From NCBI GenBank assembly GCA_035911475.1, contig JAMHVM010000125.1, positions 18,504 through 82,503 of the forward strand: DNA of 64,000 bases, written 5' to 3'. Below the pieces are notes generated by a model. That model did no database searches. It was not told the DNA's origin and saw only the letters and a list, made by a program, of their open reading frames with translations. Within the stretch, counting starts at the first letter, position 1. Every line of letters begins with the position of its first letter. Source of the stretch: Lysobacterales bacterium (lineage in GTDB: Bacteria; Pseudomonadota; Gammaproteobacteria; Xanthomonadales; UBA2363). The position numbers and the translations under genes are program-made. Positions 12,369-23,310 of the stretch are shown piece by piece.

Positions 12369-12445
12369 CGTCCATTCTCCACCGTGCGAGTGTAGCGCCC
12401 CGCGTCGGCTGTCCCGGCGTGCCCCGTCCCTTGACTGCAGCCGTC

Positions 12446-13816
12446 ATGCCCGATTTCCCGCGCATCCGCCATGAACTGCGTGCCACCCTGGTGCTGGCCT
12501 TGCCGCTGGTCGGCGGGCAGTTGTGCGCGGTCGGCCTCAACGTGGTGGAGATCTCGCTCGCCGGCCATGTCGGTGGTCAGACACTGGCTGCGGTGGGACT
12601 GGGCGCGGCAATCTGGTCGGTGGTGATCCTGGTGGCGCTGGGACTGATGCTGGCGGTGCCGCCCTCGGTGGCGCAGCTGGTTGGTGCCGGTCGTCAGCAG
12701 GACATCGCGCCGCTGTTCCGGCAGGCCTTGTGGCTGGCCTTGCTGGTGGGCATCGGCATGGGCGTCGCGATCCAGGCGACACCCTGGTTGCTGGCGCGGG
12801 TCGGCAGCGATTCCGAGGTGGTGCCGGTGACGCTGGCCTTCCTGACCCCGCTGGCCTGGGGCGCGCCCGCGCAGATCCTGTTCTTTTTCGCACGCGGCCT
12901 CAGCGAAGGCCTGGGGCTGACCCGGCCGACGCTGTGGTTCAGTGCGCTGGGCGTGGTGCTGCTGGCGCCGCTGGGCTACGCCCTGATGATGGGTGTGGGT
13001 GGCTTGCCGCGATGGGGCGCGTTCGGGCTGGGGCTGGCCTACGCCATCGTGTTGTGGGTGCAGGCGGTCAGTCTGCTGCTCTATCTGGCCTGGCATCGCA
13101 ACTATCGTCACCTGCACCTGTTTGCTCGCTTCGAATGGCCGCGCTGGCGGCCGATCGCGGCGTTGCTGACGATCGCGCTGCCAATGGGCGTGGCGGTGTG
13201 GATGGAAGGCGGCCTGTTCGTCGCCACCGCAGTGCTGATGAGCAAGCTGGGCGCCACTGCGATGGCCGCGCATCCGGTCGCGATCAACGTCGCTTCGGTG
13301 ACCTTCATGGTGCCCATGGGCATCGCGCTGGCGATCACCATCCGGGTTGGCCAGGCAGTCGGCCGTGATGACGTCAGCGGCGTGCGCTACGCCGGCTTCA
13401 CCGGCATTGGGCTGGTGCTGATCACCCAGATCGTGCTGGCCAGTGTGCTGGCGCTGGCCGCGGCACCCATCGCCGCGCTGTACACCGACGACCGCGTGGT
13501 GATCACCGCCGCCGCGCACTTGTTGCTGTTCGCCGCGGTGTTCCAGTTGTCCGACGGCATCCAGGTCGCCAGCAACGGCGCCCTGCGCGGGCTCAAGGAC
13601 ACCATCATGCCGGCGCTGATCACGGCGACCTCGTACTGGGCCATCGGCATGAGCATCGGCTGGTGGCTGGCCTTCCCGCGCGGCATGGGTGCCAGCGGCC
13701 TGTGGCTCGGGTTGATTGCCGGCCTAAGCGCGGCCGCGATCGGCCTGTTCTCGCGCTTTGTCTGGCGCGCTCGCCGTGCCAACTGGAAGCGGCTGCGGCA
13801 CGGCGCCAGCGTGTAG
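12446..13816 (+). CDS. MATE family efflux transporter (NorM-like)
   Basis: About 12 TM segments, LAAVGLG, WMEGGLF, DGIQVASNGALRGLKDT motifs; start trimmed to ATG 12446. Confidence 0.92.
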   Translation: MPDFPRIRHELRATLVLALPLVGGQLCAVGLNVVEISLAGHVGGQTLAAVGLGAAIWSVVILVALGLMLAVPPSVAQLVGAGRQQDIAPLFRQALWLALLVGIGMGVAIQATPWLLARVGSDSEVVPVTLAFLTPLAWGAPAQILFFFARGLSEGLGLTRPTLWFSALGVVLLAPLGYALMMGVGGLPRWGAFGLGLAYAIVLWVQAVSLLLYLAWHRNYRHLHLFARFEWPRWRPIAALLTIALPMGVAVWMEGGLFVATAVLMSKLGATAMAAHPVAINVASVTFMVPMGIALAITIRVGQAVGRDDVSGVRYAGFTGIGLVLITQIVLASVLALAAAPIAALYTDDRVVITAAAHLLLFAAVFQLSDGIQVASNGALRGLKDTIMPALITATSYWAIGMSIGWWLAFPRGMGASGLWLGLIAGLSAAAIGLFSRFVWRARRANWKRLRHGASV

Positions 13817-13884
13817 TCATCCTGGGGCCGCCTGGAGTGGCGGTTGCCGAGTCGGCCTTGGGACGGACGAGGCCGCGCCCGGGT

Positions 13885-16647
13885 TCAGGGTCCGCCGGTG
13901 GTGCCGGCGAGCAACTGCAGGTCGCCGATCACCTGTTCCAGCGTGCCGGGATCGCTGGCGGTGTCCTGAAGCGTGTCGCGGACACCTTCGAGCAATGCTT
14001 GCGCAGCCTGGTGGTCGCCCGCGCGCAGCAGCAGGCGGCCACGCAATGCGTCGACGCGTTCGGCCTGGCCCGAACGAGCCTGACTGGCAGCCATGGCTTC
14101 GGTGGAGAGGTTCTGGAGCAAGGCCAGTGCTTCCTGGTATTGGCCCAGTTCGCCGAGAAATTCGGCGCGGAAGAACCGGAAGCTCTGCGCCGCGGCGTTG
14201 TCCGCGCCATGAAGTCGGGTCAGCCCGGTTTCGGCGGCGGCGACGTTGGCCAGGCCCGACTCCCGGTCACCGCACTCGAACTGTTTGGCGCCGAGATTGC
14301 CTTGTTCGATGAAGGTGCCCTGTTGCTCGTCGCCACGCGTGCGTCGAATCCGCTCGTAGGCGCTGGCTCCGGCTTGCAGCGCCGGCTCGCACTGCTTGAG
14401 CAGGTGGTGGACGCGCGACAGCGAGCTCAGTGCGGTGATGGTCTGGAAGTTGTCCGGGCCCAGCCGTCGTTCCAGGTCTTCGACGCTGTCGCGGGAAAAC
14501 ACCAGCGCTTCGTCCAGTCGTTCCTGCGCGATCAGGCTGCGCGCGAGCATGGCGTACAGCTGACCACGACGCCGTTCGCGGATCGAGGGCGAGTAACCCG
14601 TGTCGTCCAGCAACTGCCGAAGCAGGGCTTCGCCACCGCGCGGGTCGCCGGTACGGATTCGCGACTCGGAAACCATGATGTCTACGAACAGACGCAGGCT
14701 CTCGTCGATGGCCGTGGCGTCCAGCATCAGCTCGCGCGCGCTTTCGTACAGCGGTAGCGCCTGCGCGTACTGGAATTGCTGGCCATGCCAGGTGGCGCGT
14801 CCGACCAATGCCAGCAGCGCGGTCTCGGCGTTGCTGCGTCGCAGTTCCTCCGCATGGGAATCGGACTGGTCGAGCAGGTTCTGCGCATCGTCGTAGCGGT
14901 TCATCCAGGCCAGAATCACCGCGCGCAGGTACTGGTTGCGCAAGGTGCGTGCGTCGCCGTTGCCAACCGCGTGCCGGTAGTGCTCGGCGGCCTGCGTGTA
15001 CGCCGCCAGCGCACCGTCATTGTTGTTGAGGGCGCGGAAGGCATCCGCCAGCGACGCGTAGACGCCGGCGCGCAACAGCGGGTCGTCGGCGAAGCGGTCC
15101 TGCAGGCCGGTCATGGCCTGATTCAGCAGCACGGTCAATCCCGGATCGTGGCTGATGTCGGAACGCTCGGGGTTGGTCTGAGCGATGACATCGTCGCTGA
15201 GAAAACGCAGGATCGCGGCCGCGCGGCGCGACTCCTGTTCGGCCTGGTCACGGGCCTGATCGGCCTGCCAGTACAGCCAGGCGCTGGAGACGCAGGCGAG
15301 CAGCAGTGTGGCCATGGTCGTGATCAGCCAGGGGCGCCGTTCGCGCATGCGCTCTAGCCGGCGTTGCAGGTGCGCCGTGCTCTGGGCGGTGGCGGCCGCG
15401 CGCTGGTGATCGCTATGCCGTTGCTCGAGCTGGCGCAGTTGGCTGACCAGCTCGGCGACGCTGGCGTAGCGCTGTGCCGGATCGCCGTCGGTGGCGCGGG
15501 CGATGTCACGCACCAGAAGCTCGTCGTCGATGTCGCGCTCCCAGCCCGGCGCCATCGGCCGGCGGAAGTCGCCAACCAGGAACTGGTAGAGCAGCACGCC
15601 GAGCGCGTAGACATCGCTCTGCACGGTCGGTGGCTGGCCGGCAACCAGTTCCGGAGCGAGGTACAGCGGTGTGCCTACATCTCCGCTGGTCTCCATGGCC
15701 GTGGTCAGGGTCATGCCCAGGCTGGTGATACCCAGGTCGGCCAGTCGCCCCGGTTCCAGCAGGCGGCTGCTGCCGAAGTCGGTGAGTGCCACGCGCCAGC
15801 CGTCGACCGGGCCCGGCTGTATCAGCACGTTGGCCGGCTTGATGTCCTTGTGCAGGACGCCGATCCCGTGTGCGGCGGCGACGGCATCGGCGATGCGGTT
15901 GAACAGGCCCAGACGCTGCTCGCGCGACCAGCTGGCAACGCCAGCCTCCTGCAGCGCCCAGTCGAGCAGGCTGGGGCCGCCGTATTCGCATTCGACGAAG
16001 TAAGGTTCCTCGGCGAAATTCCAGTCCAGCAGACGGATGTAGTGCTCGCTGCCGGGCAGGGCGTCGCTGAGCAGACGCGACACCGTCACTTCGCGCTTCA
16101 GGGCGTACAGACGATCGGCATCCAGGGCGAACTTGAACACCCGCGCCTGCCTTGTCTTGCCGTGGTGGGCGAGCCAGACCTCGCTGTTGAGGGTCTTGTC
16201 CAGTGCCCGATCCAGCACGAACTGGCTGCGTCCGGGTACCGGCTGGCCTACATCGAGGTTCAGCGAGCTGAGCGGCGTCTGCCGGCCGACACTAACTCGC
16301 TCCAGCGCACCGGTGAAGCGATAGCCGACCCGAGGCAGAGTAATGATGCGGTGCTCGCCGACGCTGCCAAAGGCCCTGCGTAGCTTGCCGATCGCCGTGG
16401 CGAGCACGTGTTCAACGGTGACCCGTCCGGCCCAGACCTCGTCGAGCAATTCCTGCTTGGTGACGACCTCGCCCGCGTGGCGCAGCAGCATGGTCAGGAC
16501 CTGCAGCGGCTTGCGCTCCAGCACCACCGGCTTGCCGCTTTCGCTCAGCGTGAAGCGGGCCTCGTCGAACTCGAAGCCGTCGAAGCGCCAGCGATACAGG
16601 CCTTGGTCGTCCCTGCTGCCCGCAGCTTCCGGGCCACCCCACTGCAT
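13885..16647 (-). CDS. OmpR/ToxR-type winged-helix DNA-binding domain fused to Ser/Thr kinase, one TM helix and periplasmic TPR-like repeats
   Basis: N-terminal WRFDGFEFDE...LERKPLQVLTMLL...VTKQELLDEVW...ITLPRVGYRF (wHTH); HKDIKPANV, LTDFG, GTPLYLAPE, SDVYALG (kinase); TM WLITTMATLLLACVSSAWLYW; helical repeats after. Confidence 0.9.
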   Translation of the reverse strand: MQWGGPEAAGSRDDQGLYRWRFDGFEFDEARFTLSESGKPVVLERKPLQVLTMLLRHAGEVVTKQELLDEVWAGRVTVEHVLATAIGKLRRAFGSVGEHRIITLPRVGYRFTGALERVSVGRQTPLSSLNLDVGQPVPGRSQFVLDRALDKTLNSEVWLAHHGKTRQARVFKFALDADRLYALKREVTVSRLLSDALPGSEHYIRLLDWNFAEEPYFVECEYGGPSLLDWALQEAGVASWSREQRLGLFNRIADAVAAAHGIGVLHKDIKPANVLIQPGPVDGWRVALTDFGSSRLLEPGRLADLGITSLGMTLTTAMETSGDVGTPLYLAPELVAGQPPTVQSDVYALGVLLYQFLVGDFRRPMAPGWERDIDDELLVRDIARATDGDPAQRYASVAELVSQLRQLEQRHSDHQRAAATAQSTAHLQRRLERMRERRPWLITTMATLLLACVSSAWLYWQADQARDQAEQESRRAAAILRFLSDDVIAQTNPERSDISHDPGLTVLLNQAMTGLQDRFADDPLLRAGVYASLADAFRALNNNDGALAAYTQAAEHYRHAVGNGDARTLRNQYLRAVILAWMNRYDDAQNLLDQSDSHAEELRRSNAETALLALVGRATWHGQQFQYAQALPLYESARELMLDATAIDESLRLFVDIMVSESRIRTGDPRGGEALLRQLLDDTGYSPSIRERRRGQLYAMLARSLIAQERLDEALVFSRDSVEDLERRLGPDNFQTITALSSLSRVHHLLKQCEPALQAGASAYERIRRTRGDEQQGTFIEQGNLGAKQFECGDRESGLANVAAAETGLTRLHGADNAAAQSFRFFRAEFLGELGQYQEALALLQNLSTEAMAASQARSGQAERVDALRGRLLLRAGDHQAAQALLEGVRDTLQDTASDPGTLEQVIGDLQLLAGTTGGP

Positions 16648-16869
16648 CCGTTCTCTCCCGACGGTGTGGCGGCAAGCTTAGTGGTGAGTGCCGCGCAATG
16701 TGCGCCAATACACACTTGTTTACAGGCGAGGTCCGCAATTGCATGAATCAACTGCAGGTTTTCGATTTGAAGAGTTCTTGAAAACCGCGTGAGGACTGCG
16801 CTGCCCCGATGCCGGATGCTGCATCGGGTTGTTGAACGTGATCGTCGATGCAGCGACGACGGAGGGGAG

Positions 16870-17100
16870 ATGGACAGGGGATACCAGGCGCATGCGCGCA
16901 GCCACGGCGACAACGAGTTCGTCTGGCTGGACAGGATCGCAGCCGGTGGCGGTGGCGGCGGTGATAGCAGTGTCGGTGTCGATGCCGCGCACGACTCGTC
17001 GCCGAAAGCCGATCCGGCCATCGTCCGAGCCGGGTGTGCGATTCGATCATCGCGCCCGCACCTGGCCGAGCCGGTGCGGCCCGGTGCGGCGAGCGCCTGA
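16870..17100 (+). CDS. Small Gly/Ser-rich hypothetical protein (76 aa)
   Basis: Strong RBS GGAGGGGAG immediately before ATG 16870; divergent from the wHTH-kinase; no recognisable family. Confidence 0.4.
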   Translation: MDRGYQAHARSHGDNEFVWLDRIAAGGGGGGDSSVGVDAAHDSSPKADPAIVRAGCAIRSSRPHLAEPVRPGAASA

Positions 17101-17105
17101 CCGTC

Positions 17106-17429
17106 GTGCGCTGGCTTCGTGGCACCGTGGTGCGGGTGGCTCTGCCGAACGAGCCCGGCTTGATCCACACCGATGGCCGCATGGTGTCGTACGCGCTGGA
17201 CAGCCGTTGTGCCGACAACGACCCGCTGCGCCAGGACATGGCCGTCGAGTTCACCGTGCTCGCGGACGGATCGGCTGTCGGCGTCCACAGCCTGGTCGCT
17301 GACAGTCCGATCGGCCTCGCGATTGCGGCGTCGTCGGCAGCCAGCGTCGTCGATCGGGGGCGGGGCGGCGACGATTCCGGTGAAGAGACGGCGTCTGGTC
17401 CCGACTGGCATCCAGTACGGCGCCCGTGA
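17106..17429 (+). CDS. Hypothetical protein with a cold-shock/OB-fold-like N-terminal domain
   Basis: GTG 5 nt after the previous stop; RGTVVRV...GLIHTDGRMVSY...LRQDMAVEFTV...AVGVHSL resembles the cold-shock strand pattern. Confidence 0.45.
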   Translation: MRWLRGTVVRVALPNEPGLIHTDGRMVSYALDSRCADNDPLRQDMAVEFTVLADGSAVGVHSLVADSPIGLAIAASSAASVVDRGRGGDDSGEETASGPDWHPVRRP

Positions 17430-17500
17430 CCTGTGGCGCTTGGCAGGCCGCTGACCGCCGCCTATCCTGAACGCCTCTGTTTTCCACCCTTGGACGATTC

Positions 17501-19363
17501 ATGAGCGAAAAACGCCCCGGCCTGATTCGCCGGACGCTGGTTGGCGGCTGGCGGGTACTGGATTTCACCCGTCGCTTCATCCTGACCGTGCTGTTCCTGA
17601 TCGCGATCATCTGGCTGATCTCGGCCGCGCTGCGGCCCGGCCTGCAGCTTTCCGAGCGCACCACGCTGGTGCTGCAACCGGTGGGCGTGCTGGTCGAGCA
17701 GTACACGATGTCGCCATCGGACCGGGTGATGGCCTCGTTGACCGCCGACGATGTGCCCGAGGTGCAGCTGCGCGACCTGTTGCGCGCGCTGGAGGCCGCC
17801 GGGTCCGACAGCCGCATCGAGCGGGTGGTGCTGCGGCTGGACCAGTTCGCCGGCGGCGGCCTGGCCAGCCTGCGCGATGTCGCCACTGCCATCGACCGTC
17901 TGCGCGCCGGCGGCAAGGAAGTGATCGCCTTCGGTGACGCCTACAGCCAGGGCGGCTATTACCTGGCCAGTCGCACCGGCCGCGTCTACATGGATCCGAT
18001 GGGCGCGGCGCTGCTCGAAGGTTTCGGTCGCTATCGCTTCTACTACGCCGAAACCCTGGCCAGGCTGGGCGTGAAGGCGCATCTGTTCCGGGTCGGCGAA
18101 TACAAGTCGGCCGGTGAGCCCTACATCCGCAGCGATGCCTCGCCGGAAGCGCGCGAGGCCGACCTCTACTGGATGGGTGATCTCTGGCAACGCTTCCTCG
18201 CCGACATCGCCCAGGCACGCCAGGTCACGCCGGCACAGCTTCAGCAGTCGATCGACGAACTGCCGACGCGGCTGCGGGCTGCCGGCAGCGACCTGGCGCA
18301 GCTGACCCTGGACATGGGCCTGGTCGATCAGCTGATGCCGTGGCACGAACTCGAGCGCGACCTGCTCGCGCGCGGCGTCGCCAACGACGAGGAGACCTCG
18401 TTCCGGCAGATCGGCATGGACGATTTCCTCACCGTGATCGACCGCGAACGCGGCCCAGTCACCAGCACGGCGCCGGTCGCGGTGATCGTGGCCCAGGGCG
18501 AGATCGTGCCCGGATCGATGGGTCGCGGCGTGATCGCCGGCGAGGCGGTGTCGGACCTGCTGCGTCAGGCCCGCCAGGACGACGACATCAAGGCCGTGGT
18601 GCTGCGCGTGGATTCGCCCGGCGGCCAAGTCTTCCCGTCCGAACAGGTCCGCCGCGAAAGCATGCTGCTGCGCCAGGCCGGCAAGAGCGTGGTGATCTCG
18701 ATGGGTGATGTCGCGGCGTCCGGCGGCTATCTGATCAGCACCGACGCCGATCGCATCATTGCCGACCCGAGCACGATCACCGGTTCGATCGGCGTGTTCG
18801 GGCTGTGGATGGATGCCAGCGAAGGCGTCGGCAAGCTCGGCCTGGGCACCGACGGCGTCGCCACCACCTGGCTGGCCGGCGCCTTCGACCCGACCCGACC
18901 GTTCGACGAGCGCCTGGGTCAACTGCTGCAGGCCAGCGTCGACAAGGTCTATCAGGACTTCATCGCCCAGGTCGCGACGGCCAGAAGGACCACGCCGGAA
19001 GTCATCGACGTGGTCGCGCGTGGCCGCGTCTGGAGCGGCGCGCAGGCGCTGGAGCGCGGGCTGGTCGATTCGCTCGGCGGTCTCGAAGAAGCGCTGACGC
19101 AGGCGCGCGAGCTGGCCGGTCTCCCGGCCGATGCGCGCTTCGCCTACATCGACCCGCCATCGACGTTCATGGATCGACTGCTGACCGGCTTCGGCGATTC
19201 GGCCATGATCCGCCTCGGTGTGCGTAACGGCTGGTTGCTGCCTTCGGGCTGGGTGCCGCCGCAGGCGGTCGATGAACTCACCCGTATGCAGCGGCTGTTC
19301 AACAACCCGGCACCGCCGCAACAACGCGTCTACATGCACTGCGAGTGCGGGCCGGGCTCATGA
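17501..19363 (+). CDS. sppA: Signal peptide peptidase SppA (protease IV, 67K type)
   Basis: N-terminal TM, tandem S49 domains, YKSAGE Lys, VDSPGG, AASGGYLIS Ser, TGSIGVFG. Confidence 0.95.
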   Translation: MSEKRPGLIRRTLVGGWRVLDFTRRFILTVLFLIAIIWLISAALRPGLQLSERTTLVLQPVGVLVEQYTMSPSDRVMASLTADDVPEVQLRDLLRALEAAGSDSRIERVVLRLDQFAGGGLASLRDVATAIDRLRAGGKEVIAFGDAYSQGGYYLASRTGRVYMDPMGAALLEGFGRYRFYYAETLARLGVKAHLFRVGEYKSAGEPYIRSDASPEAREADLYWMGDLWQRFLADIAQARQVTPAQLQQSIDELPTRLRAAGSDLAQLTLDMGLVDQLMPWHELERDLLARGVANDEETSFRQIGMDDFLTVIDRERGPVTSTAPVAVIVAQGEIVPGSMGRGVIAGEAVSDLLRQARQDDDIKAVVLRVDSPGGQVFPSEQVRRESMLLRQAGKSVVISMGDVAASGGYLISTDADRIIADPSTITGSIGVFGLWMDASEGVGKLGLGTDGVATTWLAGAFDPTRPFDERLGQLLQASVDKVYQDFIAQVATARRTTPEVIDVVARGRVWSGAQALERGLVDSLGGLEEALTQARELAGLPADARFAYIDPPSTFMDRLLTGFGDSAMIRLGVRNGWLLPSGWVPPQAVDELTRMQRLFNNPAPPQQRVYMHCECGPGS

Positions 19364-19383
19364 GTATCGGAGCGTCCTGAACC

Positions 19384-20163
19384 ATGAGCCAGTCCGGCCG
19401 CTGGCGACTGGATGGCCGCGTGGCGCTGGTCACGGGCGCCAGTCGCGGCATCGGCCTGGCCTGTGCCCGCGAGCTGGCCGGACTCGGTGCCGAACTGCTG
19501 CTGGTCGCGCGCGACGCCGATCGCCTGGAGTCGGCACGCGCGGAGATCGAGGACGACTTTCCCGGCAGCGACCCGCGCGCCTTCGCCGCCGATCTGGCCG
19601 ATGCCGAGCAGCGCCTGGACGTGGTCGACTGGCTGCGTGATCTGGGTGTCATGCCGCACATCCTGGTGAACAACATTGGCGACAACGTCAGCAAGCCAGC
19701 GGTCGAGTACAGCGACGATGAGCTGCGCTGGCTGATCGAAACCAATGTGCTCAGCTGTTTCGGCATGAGCCGGTTGCTGCATCCGCTGCTGCGCGAACAC
19801 GGCGATGCCGGCATCGTCAATATCGCATCGGTGTCCGGCATGACGCATGTCCGCACTGGAGCACCGTATGGCATGACCAAGGCCGCGGTGGCGCAACTGA
19901 CCAAGAACCTGGCCTGCGAATGGGCAGCCGACGGCATCCGCGTCAATGCCGTTGCGCCGTGGTACATCCGCACCGATCGCACCAGCGGCAAGCTGGCCGA
20001 TCCGGCCTACTACGAGGAAGTGCTGGAGCGCACGCCGATGCGTCGCGTCGGTGAACCGGAGGAGGTGGCAGCGGCGGTGGCCTTCCTGTGTCTGCCGGCG
20101 GCCAGCTACATCACCGGCGAATGTATTGCCGTCGATGGCGGTTTTCTGCGCTACGGCTTCTGA
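19384..20163 (+). CDS. SDR oxidoreductase (tropinone reductase-like)
   Basis: [13 protein letters not shown] (YxxxK), [17 protein letters not shown]. Confidence 0.92.
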   Translation: MSQSGRWRLDGRVALVTGASRGIGLACARELAGLGAELLLVARDADRLESARAEIEDDFPGSDPRAFAADLADAEQRLDVVDWLRDLGVMPHILVNNIGDNVSKPAVEYSDDELRWLIETNVLSCFGMSRLLHPLLREHGDAGIVNIASVSGMTHVRTGAPYGMTKAAVAQLTKNLACEWAADGIRVNAVAPWYIRTDRTSGKLADPAYYEEVLERTPMRRVGEPEEVAAAVAFLCLPAASYITGECIAVDGGFLRYGF

Positions 20164-20263
20164 GTTGCCGCGCTGAATCTGTGCCCGGCGTCGACGTATC
20201 GCTCAATCGCCTGGATCCGACCACGTCGTTGTGATCGTGGTCGGATCGACGGATTCTGCGCGC

Positions 20264-23167
20264 TCAGAAGTCGAGTTGCGCGCGCACGTACCAGTAACGG
20301 CCGGGCAGGTCGTAGTTGGACGCGTCGTAGCCGTTGAGCGAACAGCTCAGACAGGTCGGCGCATCCTTGTCGAACAGGTTGTTGACGCCGCCGGTGAGAC
20401 TCAGACCCTTCCATTGATCGGTACGCCAGGTGAGTTGCGCATCGTGGTAGGTGGTCGCGCCGAGCTTGTTCAATCCGTTCTGCTGATCGCGACAGACCGG
20501 GAAGTTCACGGCGATATCGCCACAGGATTCGGTCAAGGTGTCGATGTGCCGAATCGTCCAGCCGGCCGACCACGGACCAGTCTGCCAACCCAGGAGGAGG
20601 TTGGAGGTCCACTCGGGAATCGCGCTGTCGTTGACCTCGATGCCGACCTGACGCGGCTCTACATTGCCGGCAGCATCGGTGGCGGTGTAGTCCTTGACGT
20701 AGGTGGTCAACCATGCCGCCGACAGCTGACCCCATGACCATTCCGGACTAAGCCAGTTGACCTTGAGGTCGTAGCCACTGGTCTTGATCCGGCCCAGGTT
20801 GGTCAGCCGGTTCTGGAAATTGTTGATGCCACCGGTACTGGCACGGCCGATGCCATCGCAGAATGCCGGATCCAGCGTTTCCACACAGCGGTTCAGCTGT
20901 GTTTGCGCATCGATGGCCTGGATGGCACCTTCCAGATCGTGCCGGTAGTAGCCCAGTTCGAGGTCAATTCGCTCCGACCAGCCCAGCCCCTCGGCCCAGA
21001 GCGGGCTGTAGACGATGCCGGTGCTGATGCTGTCGACCCGCTCCGGGTCCAGGTCCGGGTTGCCGCCGGTGACCACCGAAATCTGCGGATTGGGTTGTTC
21101 GAAACTGGGTGGCACGCCTAGCGCGGCGCAATTGGCGATGGTGGTTGGATCGCTTGGTTGCGAGCAGGGATCGTTGATCTGGGCATCGAAACGCGACGCC
21201 GAGCCGAACAGTTCGCCGATGGAGGGTGCCCGGAAACCCTCCGCCCAGGTGCCCCTGAGCAGGAACTCGTCGTTGAACTGCCATCGCAAACCGCCCTTCA
21301 GTGTGGTCTCGCCGCCGAACGTGGAATAGTCCGAGTAGCGACCGGCCAGGCTCAGGTCCAGACGCTTGAAACCGGGCCTCTCCGCCAACAGCGGCACGTT
21401 GAACTCCAGGAAGTACTCGTTGACGTCGTACTCGCCGCTGGTCGGCGAGGACGGCACACCGTTGGAGTCGCCGGCCACGATCAGCGCGTCGGGCATGTAG
21501 AAGCCGTCGAGCTTGCGGTGTTCGAAGCCGGTGGCGAAAGCGACTGGCCCCGATGGCAGGTCGAACAGGTCACCGGAGAGGTTGGCCGACCAGAGACTGA
21601 GGTTGTTGTCGCTGCGATCGGTCAGGATCGGCTGGATGTAAGCCAGCATTTCCGGCGTCAACGTACCCGGGCCACCGAAGATGTTGACCGGCACGCACTG
21701 CGGGTCTGCCTGGCAGGCATCGAGTGGTCCCAGACCCATGGCGATGCGGCGGATGTTGTAGCTGCCATAGGTGGTCTGTCGCGCTTCGTTCTGGCTGCGT
21801 GCGAAGTTCACATCCCAGAACCAGTAGCGCGTGCCGACGTTGAAATCGCCCTCCAGGCCGGCCGCCGCATACCAGGTGTCGACGTCCTGCTCAAAGATGC
21901 GCGGGCCTCCTTCGACCGGCCGGCGACCGATCAGGATCAGGTTGGCTCCGGCACCTGAGGAAATCAGGTCGATGCCGAACGGGTTGTAGGGGTTGCTCGC
22001 GGAGATGAAGATGTTGTCCGCGAGCGGATTGCCGGTACCGGCATCGGGTCCCAGGAAGATCGGCTCCGGCGCGGCCTGGTTGATCGATTGGCGGTTGTTG
22101 TACAGAAAGCGGAAATAGCCGCTGATGTTGTCGGTGAAGGCGAAACGCGTCTGTGCGTAGATCCCCTTTCGCTTGTTGGGTGTCAGCAGGAAATTGTTTG
22201 GCGAGAAGTTGTAGCGGTTGTCGGTGGTGAACGGTATGAAGTCGTCCGGGTACTGCGGGTTATTGGGAAAGCTGCTGCCGTTGGGCGTGGTGATGTTGCA
22301 GAACGGTACCGGCGGCGTATCGGGATTGCCGTCCAGATCGGTCAGTGGGCAGACCCCGCTGGCGCTGGGCGGCAGGAAAATGAAGCGGCCGTTGGGCGTG
22401 CCCGAACTGCCGCCGGCCAGGCCGGTGCCGGGAATGGGAAAGCGCGAGATCTCCCGGTCGGCGGAGCTGATCCGCTTCTGGTCGAACCAGCTGGCACTGA
22501 GAAAGAAACTGTAACGCTCGCCGGTGGCGCCGAACGAGGCTTCCACCGAACTGGTCTCGCCGTCGCCTTCGTCGTACTCGCCGTACTGCATGCTGACGCT
22601 GCCGCCGTCGACATCCTTCTTGGTAATGATATTGACCACGCCTGCGATGGCGTCGGAACCATAGATCGACGAGGCGCCGTCCTCCAGCACTTCGATGCGA
22701 TCGATGATGCTCATCGGAATCGTGTTGAGATCGGTGGCGGCAGAAACGCCGGAAGCCGAAGCTTCGTTGACCCAGCGAAGGCCGTCGACCAGCACCAGTA
22801 CACGTTTGGCGCCGAGGTGACGCAGATCGACCGTGGTCGAGCCGGCGCCGACGCCGCCGCCATCGGGTGGGAATCCGAAGTTGCCGCTGGAGTTGAAGCG
22901 GGTGTTGAGCGCGGAGCCGCTGCCGGTCAGCCGCTGGATCACGTCGCCAACCGAGGTGAGTCCCGAAGCACGAAGATCCTCGGCAGTCAGGGTAAGGACC
23001 GGTGTCTGGCCTTCGATCTCAGCCTTTTTGATACGAGAACCGGTGACCTCGACGCGTTCAAGCACCGTTTCGTCGGTCTGGGCGAGAACGGGAAAACTTG
23101 CTGCGATTGTGGCAGCCGATGCTGCCGCGACGACCAGCGACAGCCGGCGATCGACGATATGACGCAT
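20264..23167 (-). CDS. TonB-dependent outer membrane receptor
   Basis: Signal peptide, TonB box [11 protein letters not shown], plug [29 protein letters not shown]-terminal GVNNLFD...[13 protein letters not shown]; start ATG 23167 with RBS AGGAG. Confidence 0.95.
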   Translation of the reverse strand: MRHIVDRRLSLVVAAASAATIAASFPVLAQTDETVLERVEVTGSRIKKAEIEGQTPVLTLTAEDLRASGLTSVGDVIQRLTGSGSALNTRFNSSGNFGFPPDGGGVGAGSTTVDLRHLGAKRVLVLVDGLRWVNEASASGVSAATDLNTIPMSIIDRIEVLEDGASSIYGSDAIAGVVNIITKKDVDGGSVSMQYGEYDEGDGETSSVEASFGATGERYSFFLSASWFDQKRISSADREISRFPIPGTGLAGGSSGTPNGRFIFLPPSASGVCPLTDLDGNPDTPPVPFCNITTPNGSSFPNNPQYPDDFIPFTTDNRYNFSPNNFLLTPNKRKGIYAQTRFAFTDNISGYFRFLYNNRQSINQAAPEPIFLGPDAGTGNPLADNIFISASNPYNPFGIDLISSGAGANLILIGRRPVEGGPRIFEQDVDTWYAAAGLEGDFNVGTRYWFWDVNFARSQNEARQTTYGSYNIRRIAMGLGPLDACQADPQCVPVNIFGGPGTLTPEMLAYIQPILTDRSDNNLSLWSANLSGDLFDLPSGPVAFATGFEHRKLDGFYMPDALIVAGDSNGVPSSPTSGEYDVNEYFLEFNVPLLAERPGFKRLDLSLAGRYSDYSTFGGETTLKGGLRWQFNDEFLLRGTWAEGFRAPSIGELFGSASRFDAQINDPCSQPSDPTTIANCAALGVPPSFEQPNPQISVVTGGNPDLDPERVDSISTGIVYSPLWAEGLGWSERIDLELGYYRHDLEGAIQAIDAQTQLNRCVETLDPAFCDGIGRASTGGINNFQNRLTNLGRIKTSGYDLKVNWLSPEWSWGQLSAAWLTTYVKDYTATDAAGNVEPRQVGIEVNDSAIPEWTSNLLLGWQTGPWSAGWTIRHIDTLTESCGDIAVNFPVCRDQQNGLNKLGATTYHDAQLTWRTDQWKGLSLTGGVNNLFDKDAPTCLSCSLNGYDASNYDLPGRYWYVRAQLDF

Positions 23168-23310
23168 GACATTCTCCTCGCAAAAGGGCACGCAACACGA
23201 TGCCGCCGGGTGGCCATCGGGGCAGCTTTTTTACGCTGCTTGCCGCTACGCGGTCGGTGCGGCGGTTATCGCTCAGCGATCACGCGACTGCAATAAAGAG
23301 AATGTGAAAG

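Noticed and set aside
17071-17090. Perfect 10-bp tandem duplication CCGGTGCGGC x2 as a frameshift switch joining the two small ORFs
   Set aside because: Removing one copy does not put 16870 and 17106 in the same frame; there is no evidence of phase variation.
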